Source: a virus (taxonomy: Duplodnaviria; Caudoviricetes). From it: a stretch of DNA of 53,943 bases. Within the stretch, counting starts at the first letter, position 1; every line of letters starts with the position of its first letter. The notes beneath the pieces were generated by a model that saw only the letters and a program-made list of their open reading frames with translations, had not been told where the DNA came from and made no database searches. The position numbers were made by a program, and so were the translations under genes. Where the stretch lies: positions 1 through 53,943 of the IMG/VR virus record IMGVR_UViG_3300035670_000275. The stretch is one strand, 5' to 3'. This document shows, piece after piece, positions 1-9,122 of this stretch.

Positions 1-503
1 ATGATACCACGGACATAAGCGTCAGGAGCAGATGGGTCAGCAACGATGTCAGCGGCAGTAGATAACATGAAGTCATCTTGAACTACGTTAACACCTTCAT
101 TGTTCATTTTTAATGAACCAAGTGCTCGGGATGAAACACCAAGGTTTGCACCACCGTCTAAAAGACCGCGAGCAATATTACCCATTGGGGTTTCCATAAT
201 CTTTGCGCGACCAATGTAGTTAGTACCTTCTTTACGAAGGTCAACAATCATGTGGGATACACGATCTAGATTAATGCTTGGAGTATCTGGGTGCCCTAGT
301 TCACCATATGCACGATTCATCTTTACAGACTCTTTCATATAGCGAGCAACTTCTCTATCCATAACATGCTCTGGGTACATACGCTTGTTACGGTTTTGAA
401 GGGCTGATTGAAGGAAGATACCTTCAATAAAATATTCTTTTTTACCTTTCTTATCTTCAACGATAAGATTAGTTGTATCGAAAACTTCTTTAATTAACTT
501 CAT
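1..503 (-). CDS. gp21: Prohead core protease (T4 gp21-like), 3' end runs off the window
   Basis: Manual translation from ATG at 503: MKLIKEVFDTTNLIVEDKKGKKEYFIEGIFLQ...NRNKRMYP...AYGELGHPDTPSINLDRVSH...LGVSSRALGSL...DIVADPSAPDAYV. These are characteristic gp21 motifs, downstream of the portal. Confidence 0.95.
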   Translation of the reverse strand, partial: MKLIKEVFDTTNLIVEDKKGKKEYFIEGIFLQSALQNRNKRMYPEHVMDREVARYMKESVKMNRAYGELGHPDTPSINLDRVSHMIVDLRKEGTNYIGRAKIMETPMGNIARGLLDGGANLGVSSRALGSLKMNNEGVNVVQDDFMLSTAADIVADPSAPDAYVRGI

Positions 504-505
504 GG

Positions 506-967
506 TTATGCCTCATCAGGTGAACCGTCTAGTGTAGTGCTAGCACCAACACGAGAAGTATCATCATATGCGCCATAAGTGGCAGTTTCAACTTTAGTAG
601 ACCAACCAGCAACTTTGCGTAATACCAAGAAACCAGAAACGTCTTTTGCTGAACCGTTAGTAATAACGATATCATACGTTGGATCTAGATTAATTGGGAT
701 ACCCCAAGAGTTAGCTTCCATATATGGTGCGTTCTCTGGAGCACAAGCAATAACGATTTTGCTATTGCGGTTGATAGTTACTTTGGAATCAAGTTCACCA
801 GAAATGCTCCACTTAACGATAGTCACGTTAGGTGTATCAGAATTGCGAACTTGAGATCCAGCTGCGAGGTCAGCGATGGTAATAGTACCAGACTCAGCAG
901 CTGAAGACGTGAAGTGAATCACAGTCTCTAGGTTAGTGTTTTTGACAGTAGTAAATGTCATTGCCAT
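506..967 (-). CDS. Hypothetical protein in the head-gene cluster, probably structural
   Basis: 153-aa Ser/Thr-rich ORF with GGAG RBS, tightly packed between the portal/gp67 genes and gp21. Confidence 0.6.
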   Translation of the reverse strand: MAMTFTTVKNTNLETVIHFTSSAAESGTITIADLAAGSQVRNSDTPNVTIVKWSISGELDSKVTINRNSKIVIACAPENAPYMEANSWGIPINLDPTYDIVITNGSAKDVSGFLVLRKVAGWSTKVETATYGAYDDTSRVGASTTLDGSPDEA

Positions 968-970
968 TTG

Positions 971-1396
971 TTATTCTCCGATTCTTTCGAGTACATATAA
1001 AAAGTTCTGTTTTGACTCTCTCATATACTCAATTATTTCGTTTTGATTACATAATAAGTTATTTAGGTAATCTTGCGTTGACTCGTTAATTGCAATAACA
1101 CTTCCGTCATTCAACGTATAATTCAACTTACCTTCGACCAAGCGGTCTAATTTGTTGTACTTGCGCAATTCACAGATAACTGGGTCTACTGAGAATATGT
1201 TAGAAGAAGCCAATTCTAAGTATGACTCAATAAGAGTATCAGTAACTTTAACGTCATGATGTTCTTTAATGATTTCAGCTACTTTAGTGTTTGGAATTTC
1301 TTCGTAAATTTCTTTGGTGACTTCTTCTACAAGAGAAAAATTTTGTTCCTCTTGTTCTTTAATCTTGATTCTCTGTAAGAATTGCTTAAAGTGCAT
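971..1396 (-). CDS. Hypothetical protein at the gp68 position
   Basis: Likely start is ATG at 1396 (MHFKQFLQ...), 1 nt after the gp67 stop, rather than the 1438 start in the ORF track. No recognised motif. Confidence 0.55.
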   Translation of the reverse strand: MHFKQFLQRIKIKEQEEQNFSLVEEVTKEIYEEIPNTKVAEIIKEHHDVKVTDTLIESYLELASSNIFSVDPVICELRKYNKLDRLVEGKLNYTLNDGSVIAINESTQDYLNNLLCNQNEIIEYMRESKQNFLYVLERIGE

Positions 1397-1397
1397 A

Positions 1398-1586
1398 TTA
1401 CTCTTGTTCTTCTGCCGATGGTTCTTCTTGTGGCGCAACAGCGTTAAACATATTATGTGCTACAGTAACTCTAAGGTCATCTAGCTTTGCAGAAATTTTC
1501 TCTGCCATTGCAGTGTTAAAAGCGTCTTCGGTTGCGACTGCATTACCAGTCGCAATTGCGTTAATTAATTCTAATGTTGTAGTCAT
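1398..1586 (-). CDS. gp67: Prohead core protein (gp67-like)
   Basis: Small ORF directly after the portal, with an LINAI..GN...AF..AMA.KI pattern and acidic C-terminus as in T4 gp67. AAGGAG RBS. Confidence 0.7.
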   Translation of the reverse strand: MTTTLELINAIATGNAVATEDAFNTAMAEKISAKLDDLRVTVAHNMFNAVAPQEEPSAEEQE

Positions 1587-1595
1587 AGTAACTCC

Positions 1596-3332
1596 TTAAT
1601 TCCAATCAAATGAATCTTTTTGTTCACCAGTAGGTTTCTTTTTACCTTCTGATTTTTTAGCGTCTTTATCAGCAGCTTGTTGAGCGCTTGCTTCAGAAGC
1701 TGCAGTTTGTTGAGCGCTTGCTGTTTTTTGCGCAGCTGGAGCACCTTGCCCTTGTTGCATAGCAGCTTGTTGCTGCATTTGGGTTTGTTGCTGTTGAGCT
1801 TGGAACTCCATAGTTGGTTGTTGTTGAGCCAACTGTTGATCGCCCTTATTTTGAGCGAACGTGATATTAGTTTGTAGACTTGCTTTAATTTGCTTATCCA
1901 TCAACTCGATTTGATCGTCAGTCATGCGTAATAGGTTGCGTTTGATCCACTCATCAGAGTAGAAACGACCAATAAATGGTTCCATTTGAGTCAACAAAGT
2001 AACACGTTGTGTTAGCAACTCAGCGTCTTTTAATTCAGCGTAGTGGTTATCTTCAAGATAATCGAAACGAATACCGTGACGGATATCTTCCCAATCTCTG
2101 ATATTGATAATGTTCTTAGCTACCAATTGAACCTTCAAAGACTCCAAGAATAGTATAGCGAACTTCTTACGAAGTCTAACGATGAACTTGTTGAACTTAA
2201 CTTCATCACGAGTAATCTCGTTAGAACGACCAATACTGAAACCTTCAGACTGTTGCATACGGCTAACAGGAACGTTTAATGAGTGGTATAGTTTGTTCTG
2301 GAAGTATTCAATATCTTCGATGGCGCCAAGGTTTTGTCCGCCAGGAAGTGTAGAGATTTCTGTACCCTTACCACCTTCACGACGAGGCATCCAGAAGTCT
2401 TCCATCATTGATAGGTGACGACGGTCATCGCGTGTTTCTCCAGTAGTTGCATCATAAACAATCTTGTTACGGAACTTGTTCATGATATCGTTAACATACT
2501 GTTCAGCTTTTAGCTTAGGTAAGTTACCAACGTCAACGTAGAAAATTCTACGTTCTGGTGCGCGAGAGATACGATAGATGACTAAAGAGTCTTCAATCAT
2601 CTTTAATTGGTTAGTTGGTTTGATCGCTTTATGTAAGTGAGAAAGCGTCATACCAGAGTTCATGTCCATAACACCTGATGGGCAGTGAACCACAGAATCA
2701 ATTGGAAGTTTTACACCTTGTGTAGATTGTTCGCTCATACCCTTATCATTGTAAAGGTAGAACTCTTCCATTGTCTTAACAATTTCAACACCTTGAGGAG
2801 TTTTCTCCTTCTTGATGTTTTTAATTTTACGGATCTTACGGGGATCAATAAAACGTAATTCTTGAATACCAGCCTTGACGTTATTTTCGTCTAAAAGAAC
2901 TTGGTAATATAAGCGTCCATCAACATACCATTGACGGAAAATCTCATGCCCTCTATCATTAAACTTCAATAGTCTAAGAACTTCAGAGAACTCATCTGCG
3001 ATTTTATTTTTAATACCTGCTGAAACTTTTAAGTCATCGAGGATAATTTCGATTGGTTGTTTAGTTTCATCAGAGATAAGTGCCTCGTTTATGATGTCTT
3101 CAATAGCGGCATCACAATCAGTATATTGGGCAATCTCGCGATAACGACGAATAAGGTCGTTTTCGTTTTTAAGTGATGCATCTAAATCGACAACCATGCC
3201 GTAGTAACCACCAGCATTAACGCCAGTGTTTACTACGGTGGAGCCGTCTTGGTTTGATGGAGGAACTACCGAAGGAATCGGTAGAACCTGTTCATCTTTC
3301 GCGCGTTTGATTTCAAAGCCAAAAAGCTGCAT
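1596..3332 (-). CDS. gp20: Portal vertex protein
   Basis: FRQWYVDGRLYY, LVIYRISRAPERRIFYVDVGNLPKLKAEQY, EDFWMPRREGGKGTEISTLPGGQNLG and ITRDEVKF motifs. Carries a Q/A-rich C-terminal tail. Confidence 0.97.
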   Translation of the reverse strand: MQLFGFEIKRAKDEQVLPIPSVVPPSNQDGSTVVNTGVNAGGYYGMVVDLDASLKNENDLIRRYREIAQYTDCDAAIEDIINEALISDETKQPIEIILDDLKVSAGIKNKIADEFSEVLRLLKFNDRGHEIFRQWYVDGRLYYQVLLDENNVKAGIQELRFIDPRKIRKIKNIKKEKTPQGVEIVKTMEEFYLYNDKGMSEQSTQGVKLPIDSVVHCPSGVMDMNSGMTLSHLHKAIKPTNQLKMIEDSLVIYRISRAPERRIFYVDVGNLPKLKAEQYVNDIMNKFRNKIVYDATTGETRDDRRHLSMMEDFWMPRREGGKGTEISTLPGGQNLGAIEDIEYFQNKLYHSLNVPVSRMQQSEGFSIGRSNEITRDEVKFNKFIVRLRKKFAILFLESLKVQLVAKNIINIRDWEDIRHGIRFDYLEDNHYAELKDAELLTQRVTLLTQMEPFIGRFYSDEWIKRNLLRMTDDQIELMDKQIKASLQTNITFAQNKGDQQLAQQQPTMEFQAQQQQTQMQQQAAMQQGQGAPAAQKTASAQQTAASEASAQQAADKDAKKSEGKKKPTGEQKDSFDWN

Positions 3333-3356
3333 TATAAAAGTTCCTTCTTTAAAAGA

Positions 3357-3944
3357 TTAAACTGGGAAGCTGCCAATTGGCGTATTGATAGTAGTATTAA
3401 TACCGAAGCTAGCACCAGCACCTTCATTAGAAGTGAAGAAGTTGTAAACGAATTCAACGTCGAACTGTTCAATCGCGTTTTGTTGTTCGTAGTCTAGAGT
3501 AATCGCACCAATGTTAGTTGGGAATGCGTCAGTGAACTTATAAGACTTAATAGTTGCACCGTTACGGTCTAGCTGGTGAACAGACAAGTCAACTTGGTAG
3601 TCAGTAGGATTAGTACGACCGTTAGTTGTATTGTATTGTTGAATACCAGATTGCCATTGCTCAAGAGCATTACGGATGTTGAAAGTAGTATCGTTGTAAA
3701 TCGAAACAGTCCAAGGTTGGAATGAACGCTCGCCAGCGAAGTTCACTGGACGACCACGATACGGAATAGAAATTGTTTCAATAGTTGATGCGGGTAAAGA
3801 AGCAGCACGGCATAGGAACTGTGCTCTCTGACCAGCAATAACACCTAGTGTAACGAATGATGGGAAAGTCAACTCAACTCTGAATTGGTTAGGACGTGCA
3901 CCACCACCGATCATCTGGGCTTTAAAGTCAGCAATATTTGCCAT
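3357..3944 (-). CDS. gp19: Tail tube protein
   Basis: GGGARPNQFRV, FLCRAASLPAS, GRPVNFAGERSFQPWTVSIYND and QLDRNG...AFPTNIGAITLDY motifs. Lies between sheath and portal. Confidence 0.95.
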   Translation of the reverse strand: MANIADFKAQMIGGGARPNQFRVELTFPSFVTLGVIAGQRAQFLCRAASLPASTIETISIPYRGRPVNFAGERSFQPWTVSIYNDTTFNIRNALEQWQSGIQQYNTTNGRTNPTDYQVDLSVHQLDRNGATIKSYKFTDAFPTNIGAITLDYEQQNAIEQFDVEFVYNFFTSNEGAGASFGINTTINTPIGSFPV

Positions 3945-3967
3945 TTAAATCTCCTTGTTATTACTTT

Positions 3968-3975
3968 TATTTATT
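3968..3975 (-). promoter_or_regulatory. T4-type late promoter-like box (AATAAATA) upstream of gp19
   Basis: 7/8 match to TATAAATA about 24 nt upstream of the gp19 ATG, followed by an AAGGAG RBS. Confidence 0.6.
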
Positions 3976-3985
3976 CGTTCTAAAC

Positions 3986-4005
3986 GAGGGGAGTTTCCTC
4001 CCCTC
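3986..4005 (-). terminator. Stem-loop after gp18 (weak terminator or mRNA-stabilising hairpin)
   Basis: GAGGGGAG-GAAA-CTCCCCTC: a perfect 8-bp stem with a GNRA loop, followed by only a short GTTT tail. Confidence 0.6.
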
Positions 4006-4013
4006 ATCTATTA

Positions 4014-6704
4014 TTAACCACCGATTTCGCTGAAAGCAATGCTTGAACGAGCGGCAACGAAGTTAAGAGTAATAAAGTTGATAGAACGAGTTGGTTTAAC
4101 GAAGATATCGGCAACGAATTCGTTACGATCAATAACCTCACCAGTGTTGTTAGACTCATCACACTTAACTAGGAAGTCAGTAATACCACGACGACCTTGT
4201 ACGTCACGTAGGAACGGTTCAATTAGGTTCTTGAACTGACCACGAGTAAACGCATCGTTAAATTCGAACAACTGATACTTAGCAGCAGTTGCAATAGACT
4301 TCTCAAGAACGATAAACAAGCGACGAACGTTGATACGGTCGAAAGCAGATGGTTTAGATAGAAGCGTCTTATCACCGAATAGAACAGTACCTTGACCTGG
4401 GAAAGTAACAACTGGGTTAATAGCGTTACGGTACAGAGTATCACGGTTAGTCTGATTTGGGTTAGTTGATAGACGAACAACGTTCTTAATTTGACCACGG
4501 TTTAGACCACCTGGAGACCACCATGGGTCGTTAGTATAGTCAGTACGAGCACAAACGCCAGCAACGTCACCGTTTAGAGGAACCCAACGATACACGTCAT
4601 TGTAACGGTCATATTGGTACTTATAACCAGAATCCATTACAGTGTAAGAGTTTGAACCAAGCTCATCGCGATAAGCAATAATCTTATTGACTGAAGAGCT
4701 ATCATCACCGATAATAACTTCACCAGTATCCATATCTTCTGGAGAAACGAATAGAACAGCGTCTAATCTCTCTAGTGCTATGTTGTCAATAATATGTTTT
4801 GCTACAACTGAATTAGCTTTACCTGCCATGATTAGGTTTACATCATACAATGTAGAGTTGGCAAATAGAGAATATGCTGTCATACGCTGACCATCGGTTG
4901 ATGTCGCATCATCATATCCACCAGATAAAGATTGAGTTAATGGGCTAGACATAGAATGGAAAGTAGTACCTGCCATTGTAGAACCCCAATTGGAATCAGC
5001 CTGTGAAATATTATCTGTGTGATCAGTCCACCACAACCATTCAGAACGACCATTAATAACGTCTTTGTAGTAGTTGTTTTGACCGTCAGTTTTCTTGTTG
5101 TCAGATGCTTTAGAAACGAAAGCGAACTTTTCAAGAACAGCATTTTCAACGCCAGTAATATAACCTTTTTCGTCGATAATAATAATGTGTAATTCATCAT
5201 TAGAACCACCGATGCGCGCTGCACCTTCAGAAGTTCCTGGAGGGGCATCAAACTCATCTTTGTAAGTCCATGATGAGTATGTGGCAGCGTCTGCCATAGA
5301 TACTTTTAGGGTGTTTCCTAATTTTCCTGGATACTTGGCAGCCCACTCGCCAGTAACACCGCCACCATTGATATAGTTAGCAGAGTAATATTGAGCGTTA
5401 AGAATTGTAACACCAGCAGTGCTTACTGTAACGGAAACTTCAGCTGTATTGCCATTATTTGGAGCAGTACCAATAATAATTAAAGGTGAAGAGCTTAGAC
5501 CAGTACCTCTGTCGTTTCCTGTAGAATCAAAATCAATACCAGTAATGCTTGACGCGGATACAGAAACAGTACCAATAGAAGCACCAGAGCCACCGCCACC
5601 AGAAAGAGTAACTTGAGGGATCTTCTTATATCCACTACCTTGGTTAGCAACAGTGATAGAATATACACCAGAAGTACCAACAGTAGTTGTTGCAGTAGCG
5701 CCAGAGCCAGTTGCATCATTAATTACAACTGTTGGAGCAACTGTCCAACCAGAACCTGGATCATCAATAATAATATCAGTGATAACTCCACTAGTTATAA
5801 CGGCATGAACAGCTGGGTCAGTACCATTTTCTCTACGCGCACCACCTTCAAAAGAGAAAGCTGGGTCAACATAACCAGTACCACCAGCAGTTACTGTAAT
5901 TGTTTCAATACCAGTACCAACTAGTTTAGCTTCTGCAGAAGCACCAGAACCGTTATCGCCAACTGCAGTAATAATGTTCACGGATGGGGCAGTAGTATAA
6001 CCGCTACCAGCATCAGCAACAGTAATAGTAGTAATGCCACCGCCAGATAGAATAGCAGTACCAACAACTAAGTCGCCACCTTCTTCTTGTACAGTTTTAG
6101 TGATTACAGCTTGAGCAGTTGCACCAAAACCATCTCCACCTGTTAATGTAACAGTTGGGTTAGTATAGTTTGCGCCACGGTGTGTAACGCTAATAGAAAC
6201 AACTTTTCCACCAGAGATATTTGCAACAGCAGTAGCATATAGACCAGTTGGGTCAGTAATAGAAACAGTTGGAGCAACAGTGTAATTAGAACCACCATTG
6301 GTTACTGTGATAGCCTCTAGAAGATTGTGTACATAAACTGTAACTGATGGTGGCGGATCGATGGAAATATAACCATCACCTTCATCTACCATAGTTACTG
6401 TGTTAATAGCACCTGTTGGAGTAACAACAGCGTTCTTCATGTTGGTAGTTTGTTGACGAACTAATAATAGATTATTAGAATAAGATAGGAAGTTAGCAGC
6501 TGTAAAGAAAGACGGGAAGTTAGCATTGTTTGGTGTACCAAAACGACGAACTAGTTCATCTTCTGAAGTAATTGTGATTGGTTCCAAAACTGGACCCCAG
6601 TCGAACTGACCCGCAAACGCACCAATAGAGGTCGCTACGGCAGGAACGATAGAAGTAAAGTCTTTTTCTACGACTGCAACGCCTGGAGATAATTGAAACG
6701 GCAT
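4014..6704 (-). CDS. gp18: Tail sheath protein with a large Gly-rich repeat insertion
   Basis: N-terminal LSPGVAVVEKDFT...FAGQFDWGP. C-terminal YQYDRYNDVYRWVPLNGDVAG...PWWSPGGLNRG...FDRINVRRLF...FVADIFVKPTRSINFITLNFVA. Confidence 0.97.
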   Translation of the reverse strand: MPFQLSPGVAVVEKDFTSIVPAVATSIGAFAGQFDWGPVLEPITITSEDELVRRFGTPNNANFPSFFTAANFLSYSNNLLLVRQQTTNMKNAVVTPTGAINTVTMVDEGDGYISIDPPPSVTVYVHNLLEAITVTNGGSNYTVAPTVSITDPTGLYATAVANISGGKVVSISVTHRGANYTNPTVTLTGGDGFGATAQAVITKTVQEEGGDLVVGTAILSGGGITTITVADAGSGYTTAPSVNIITAVGDNGSGASAEAKLVGTGIETITVTAGGTGYVDPAFSFEGGARRENGTDPAVHAVITSGVITDIIIDDPGSGWTVAPTVVINDATGSGATATTTVGTSGVYSITVANQGSGYKKIPQVTLSGGGGSGASIGTVSVSASSITGIDFDSTGNDRGTGLSSSPLIIIGTAPNNGNTAEVSVTVSTAGVTILNAQYYSANYINGGGVTGEWAAKYPGKLGNTLKVSMADAATYSSWTYKDEFDAPPGTSEGAARIGGSNDELHIIIIDEKGYITGVENAVLEKFAFVSKASDNKKTDGQNNYYKDVINGRSEWLWWTDHTDNISQADSNWGSTMAGTTFHSMSSPLTQSLSGGYDDATSTDGQRMTAYSLFANSTLYDVNLIMAGKANSVVAKHIIDNIALERLDAVLFVSPEDMDTGEVIIGDDSSSVNKIIAYRDELGSNSYTVMDSGYKYQYDRYNDVYRWVPLNGDVAGVCARTDYTNDPWWSPGGLNRGQIKNVVRLSTNPNQTNRDTLYRNAINPVVTFPGQGTVLFGDKTLLSKPSAFDRINVRRLFIVLEKSIATAAKYQLFEFNDAFTRGQFKNLIEPFLRDVQGRRGITDFLVKCDESNNTGEVIDRNEFVADIFVKPTRSINFITLNFVAARSSIAFSEIGG

Positions 6705-6756
6705 TGTTGTTCTCCTTGTTTATAATGATTGCCTAGACAAAAACTGTCTACGATTT

Positions 6757-6764
6757 TATTTAGT
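6757..6764 (-). promoter_or_regulatory. Late promoter-like box (ACTAAATA) upstream of gp18
   Basis: TAAATA core in the gp17-gp18 spacer. It is followed by a short hairpin (TAGACA..TGTCTA, 6734-6750) and an AAGGAG RBS. Confidence 0.55.
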
Positions 6765-6780
6765 TTTTAGTTGTTTTCAC

Positions 6781-8358
6781 TCAAAAATTCAAAGGATCGG
6801 CTTCAGGTTTACCGTCATCATAGAATCCAAACGGAGTCAAATCTTCTTCGATAGCCTTAATTTGCTTTTCATACATAATCTTGCGCATATTGATATTATT
6901 TAGTTCTTTAAAATAACTCTGAGTTGTTAACCAACCAAATAGAACTAAAGGCATAACCAAGTCATCGTGATATCCTTCGTCGGCTTCATAAGAGCCACGT
7001 TTTTCAATAAATGTAGAGATTTCAGATATAGTATCAGGGTCGTTGATTAAGAGTTTATCTTCTTCAACCATAGCCTTAAAGTTATGACAACCAATACGCT
7101 TTACACGTTTATCAGTAGTAACACCTAACTGGGATTTCTGTCCACCAAAGCCACCACCGATAGACTGCACACCGTTTGCCCTTGAGACCATTAGGATGTT
7201 CTCGTATTCTAGTTCTTGGTGCATAATCTGAGCGACTTGGTCAGATACGTTTGTTTCAATTAAGATAAATGCGTTATTGTACTCCGTCGCAACTTTGAAA
7301 ATCACTGAAGGGAATAGCAGTGGAGTTATATCATTTCGTTTGTATTTGGCTACAATACGATATGGAGTCTCAGTAATATCAATCATCTGAATTGTAGAAG
7401 AGTCGCCCTCTACGCCAGCTGCAATATCAATAATACCGCAGTAAGTATGATTCTTCTGCGGTCTTTGGAAAACATCTAAACCATCTTTGCTTAGAATAGG
7501 TTGATCCACTGACATCTTAGCAATAACGTCTGCACGGATTAGCGTTAAGCTGGAACCTAAGAAGTTACATAAAACCTCTTGGTTAAACTTGAGCTCGCCA
7601 AGCATACGCTTCTGTTCTTCAGCCCAAGCTGCGTCACGTCCTGGGATTTCCCAGTAAGGGATAAACAATGGAACGAAACCGTTACGGTCATTCTCAGCAT
7701 CATTCCAGAAACGCCAGAAGTGGTTATAACCTAGTGGAGTGGAAGATAGTAGAATCTTAGTTGTCTGACCCGCAGAAATAGTTGGGTAAACCGCAGTGAA
7801 GAATTCCTCGGCAACGTTGTTTGGAATAATCGCAGCTTCGTCAACGTATAGCATGTTAACAGACTTGCCACGAATACCAGACTTACCAGTTGCAGCGGTG
7901 AAAACCTTTGAACCGTTTTCTAATTCGATGTCACCCTTGTTCCAACCAGTAACACCCTGTTGCATCCACTTAGGTAAGTTTTCGTACATCGTTTGATAAC
8001 GGTCAAGAACTTCACGGGCAGCTGCAGCTTTGTTGGCTAGAATAGCTACTTGCTTGTTTGATTGGAAAAGAGTGTACCAAAGAATGTATGCGGCAGAAGA
8101 TGTTGTCTTACCTTGCTGACGACCCTCCATAAGGATAACACGACGGTTATTATGAATTACGTCTATCTTCTTCTTCTGACAATCGTACAACTTAAATAGT
8201 TTTAAACCATAGTCAAGTGTAACAATGTAACAGTAGTTCTCGATAAAGTATATCGGGTCTTGCGCGCATTTGATGTACTCCTGAACTTGGTCAGGAGTAA
8301 ACTCAAAGGAAATACCAGCAGCTTTTAAGTTGGCATTACTATTATAAATTTCAGCCAT
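6781..8358 (-). CDS. gp17: Terminase large subunit
   Basis: YNSNANLK start, Walker A GRQQGKTT, Walker B MLYVDEAA, coupling motif SSTPLGYNHF, nuclease HDDLVM. Confidence 0.97.
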   Translation of the reverse strand: MAEIYNSNANLKAAGISFEFTPDQVQEYIKCAQDPIYFIENYCYIVTLDYGLKLFKLYDCQKKKIDVIHNNRRVILMEGRQQGKTTSSAAYILWYTLFQSNKQVAILANKAAAAREVLDRYQTMYENLPKWMQQGVTGWNKGDIELENGSKVFTAATGKSGIRGKSVNMLYVDEAAIIPNNVAEEFFTAVYPTISAGQTTKILLSSTPLGYNHFWRFWNDAENDRNGFVPLFIPYWEIPGRDAAWAEEQKRMLGELKFNQEVLCNFLGSSLTLIRADVIAKMSVDQPILSKDGLDVFQRPQKNHTYCGIIDIAAGVEGDSSTIQMIDITETPYRIVAKYKRNDITPLLFPSVIFKVATEYNNAFILIETNVSDQVAQIMHQELEYENILMVSRANGVQSIGGGFGGQKSQLGVTTDKRVKRIGCHNFKAMVEEDKLLINDPDTISEISTFIEKRGSYEADEGYHDDLVMPLVLFGWLTTQSYFKELNNINMRKIMYEKQIKAIEEDLTPFGFYDDGKPEADPLNF

Positions 8359-8366
8359 ATTTTAAA

Positions 8367-9122
8367 TTACAGTTCGTCAATCCACGCTTCATTTATTATA
8401 GTTTTAGTGGCTGGGTCGCCAGTAACACTGTATTGTGTGCTTGGGTTTTGTGCATTAATAGAGTCAGACAAATTGACATTGGCGGTAGCAATAACACCTT
8501 GTTGTTCCATCGGACCAAATAAAGATACTTTCATCTGGAAGTTAATAGTGTGTATAACAAATCTTCTAGTTTGAAAGTCGCCTTCGAATTCGTCAGAAAC
8601 AATAACAGAGTTGAGAACGACTGGGACGTCTAACTTAACACCCATGTCATTAACTGCATTAATTGCCATGGTATATTCTGGTGTAAACCATGGCAAAATT
8701 TGTTCCATAATTTGTAAAGCATCTTCTTGAGTCTTTGTAATAATATACAGCGACATGTCGATGTTATATGGGACTGGGGTTCTTATGCTTGTAGATTGAG
8801 AAGGATCCTCTGAAATGCAGTTGTTTTTTAATTGTTGCATACGGTTGATCTTACGCAAAGAGTCGTATGTATATGCAATAATTTCAAAAGACATTCTTGG
8901 AAGAGAAGTCAGCGTATGATTCTCTAAGGTTGGGTCTTCATCAATCCTGACTAACCATTTTTCTTTGGGAGCGTAAGAAAGCGGAACGTGAATGCGTTGA
9001 GCCTGTTCACCATTTACTGGATCACTAATCTTACGGTCAATGTAGATGTTAGAAAACAAACGACCGAAGCCGATAATACATTTTCTAACAATGCCGTGAT
9101 AAAATACGCTATCGTTTAACAT
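8367..9122 (-). CDS. gp15: Tail sheath stabiliser / tail terminator
   Basis: FYHGIVRKCIIGFGRLFSNI, VPLSYAPKEKWL, LPRMSFEI, QEDALQIMEQILPWFTP motifs. Confidence 0.93.
   Translation of the reverse strand: MLNDSVFYHGIVRKCIIGFGRLFSNIYIDRKISDPVNGEQAQRIHVPLSYAPKEKWLVRIDEDPTLENHTLTSLPRMSFEIIAYTYDSLRKINRMQQLKNNCISEDPSQSTSIRTPVPYNIDMSLYIITKTQEDALQIMEQILPWFTPEYTMAINAVNDMGVKLDVPVVLNSVIVSDEFEGDFQTRRFVIHTINFQMKVSLFGPMEQQGVIATANVNLSDSINAQNPSTQYSVTGDPATKTIINEAWIDEL

Noticed and set aside
1397-1438. N-terminal extension MRHKKNHRQKNKSN on the 155-aa ORF
   Set aside because: Overlaps the gp67 acidic tail from a non-ATG start. The ATG at 1396 is more plausible.
6781-8358. Intein or intron in the terminase
   Set aside because: Continuous 525-aa ORF of ordinary size with no splicing motifs.
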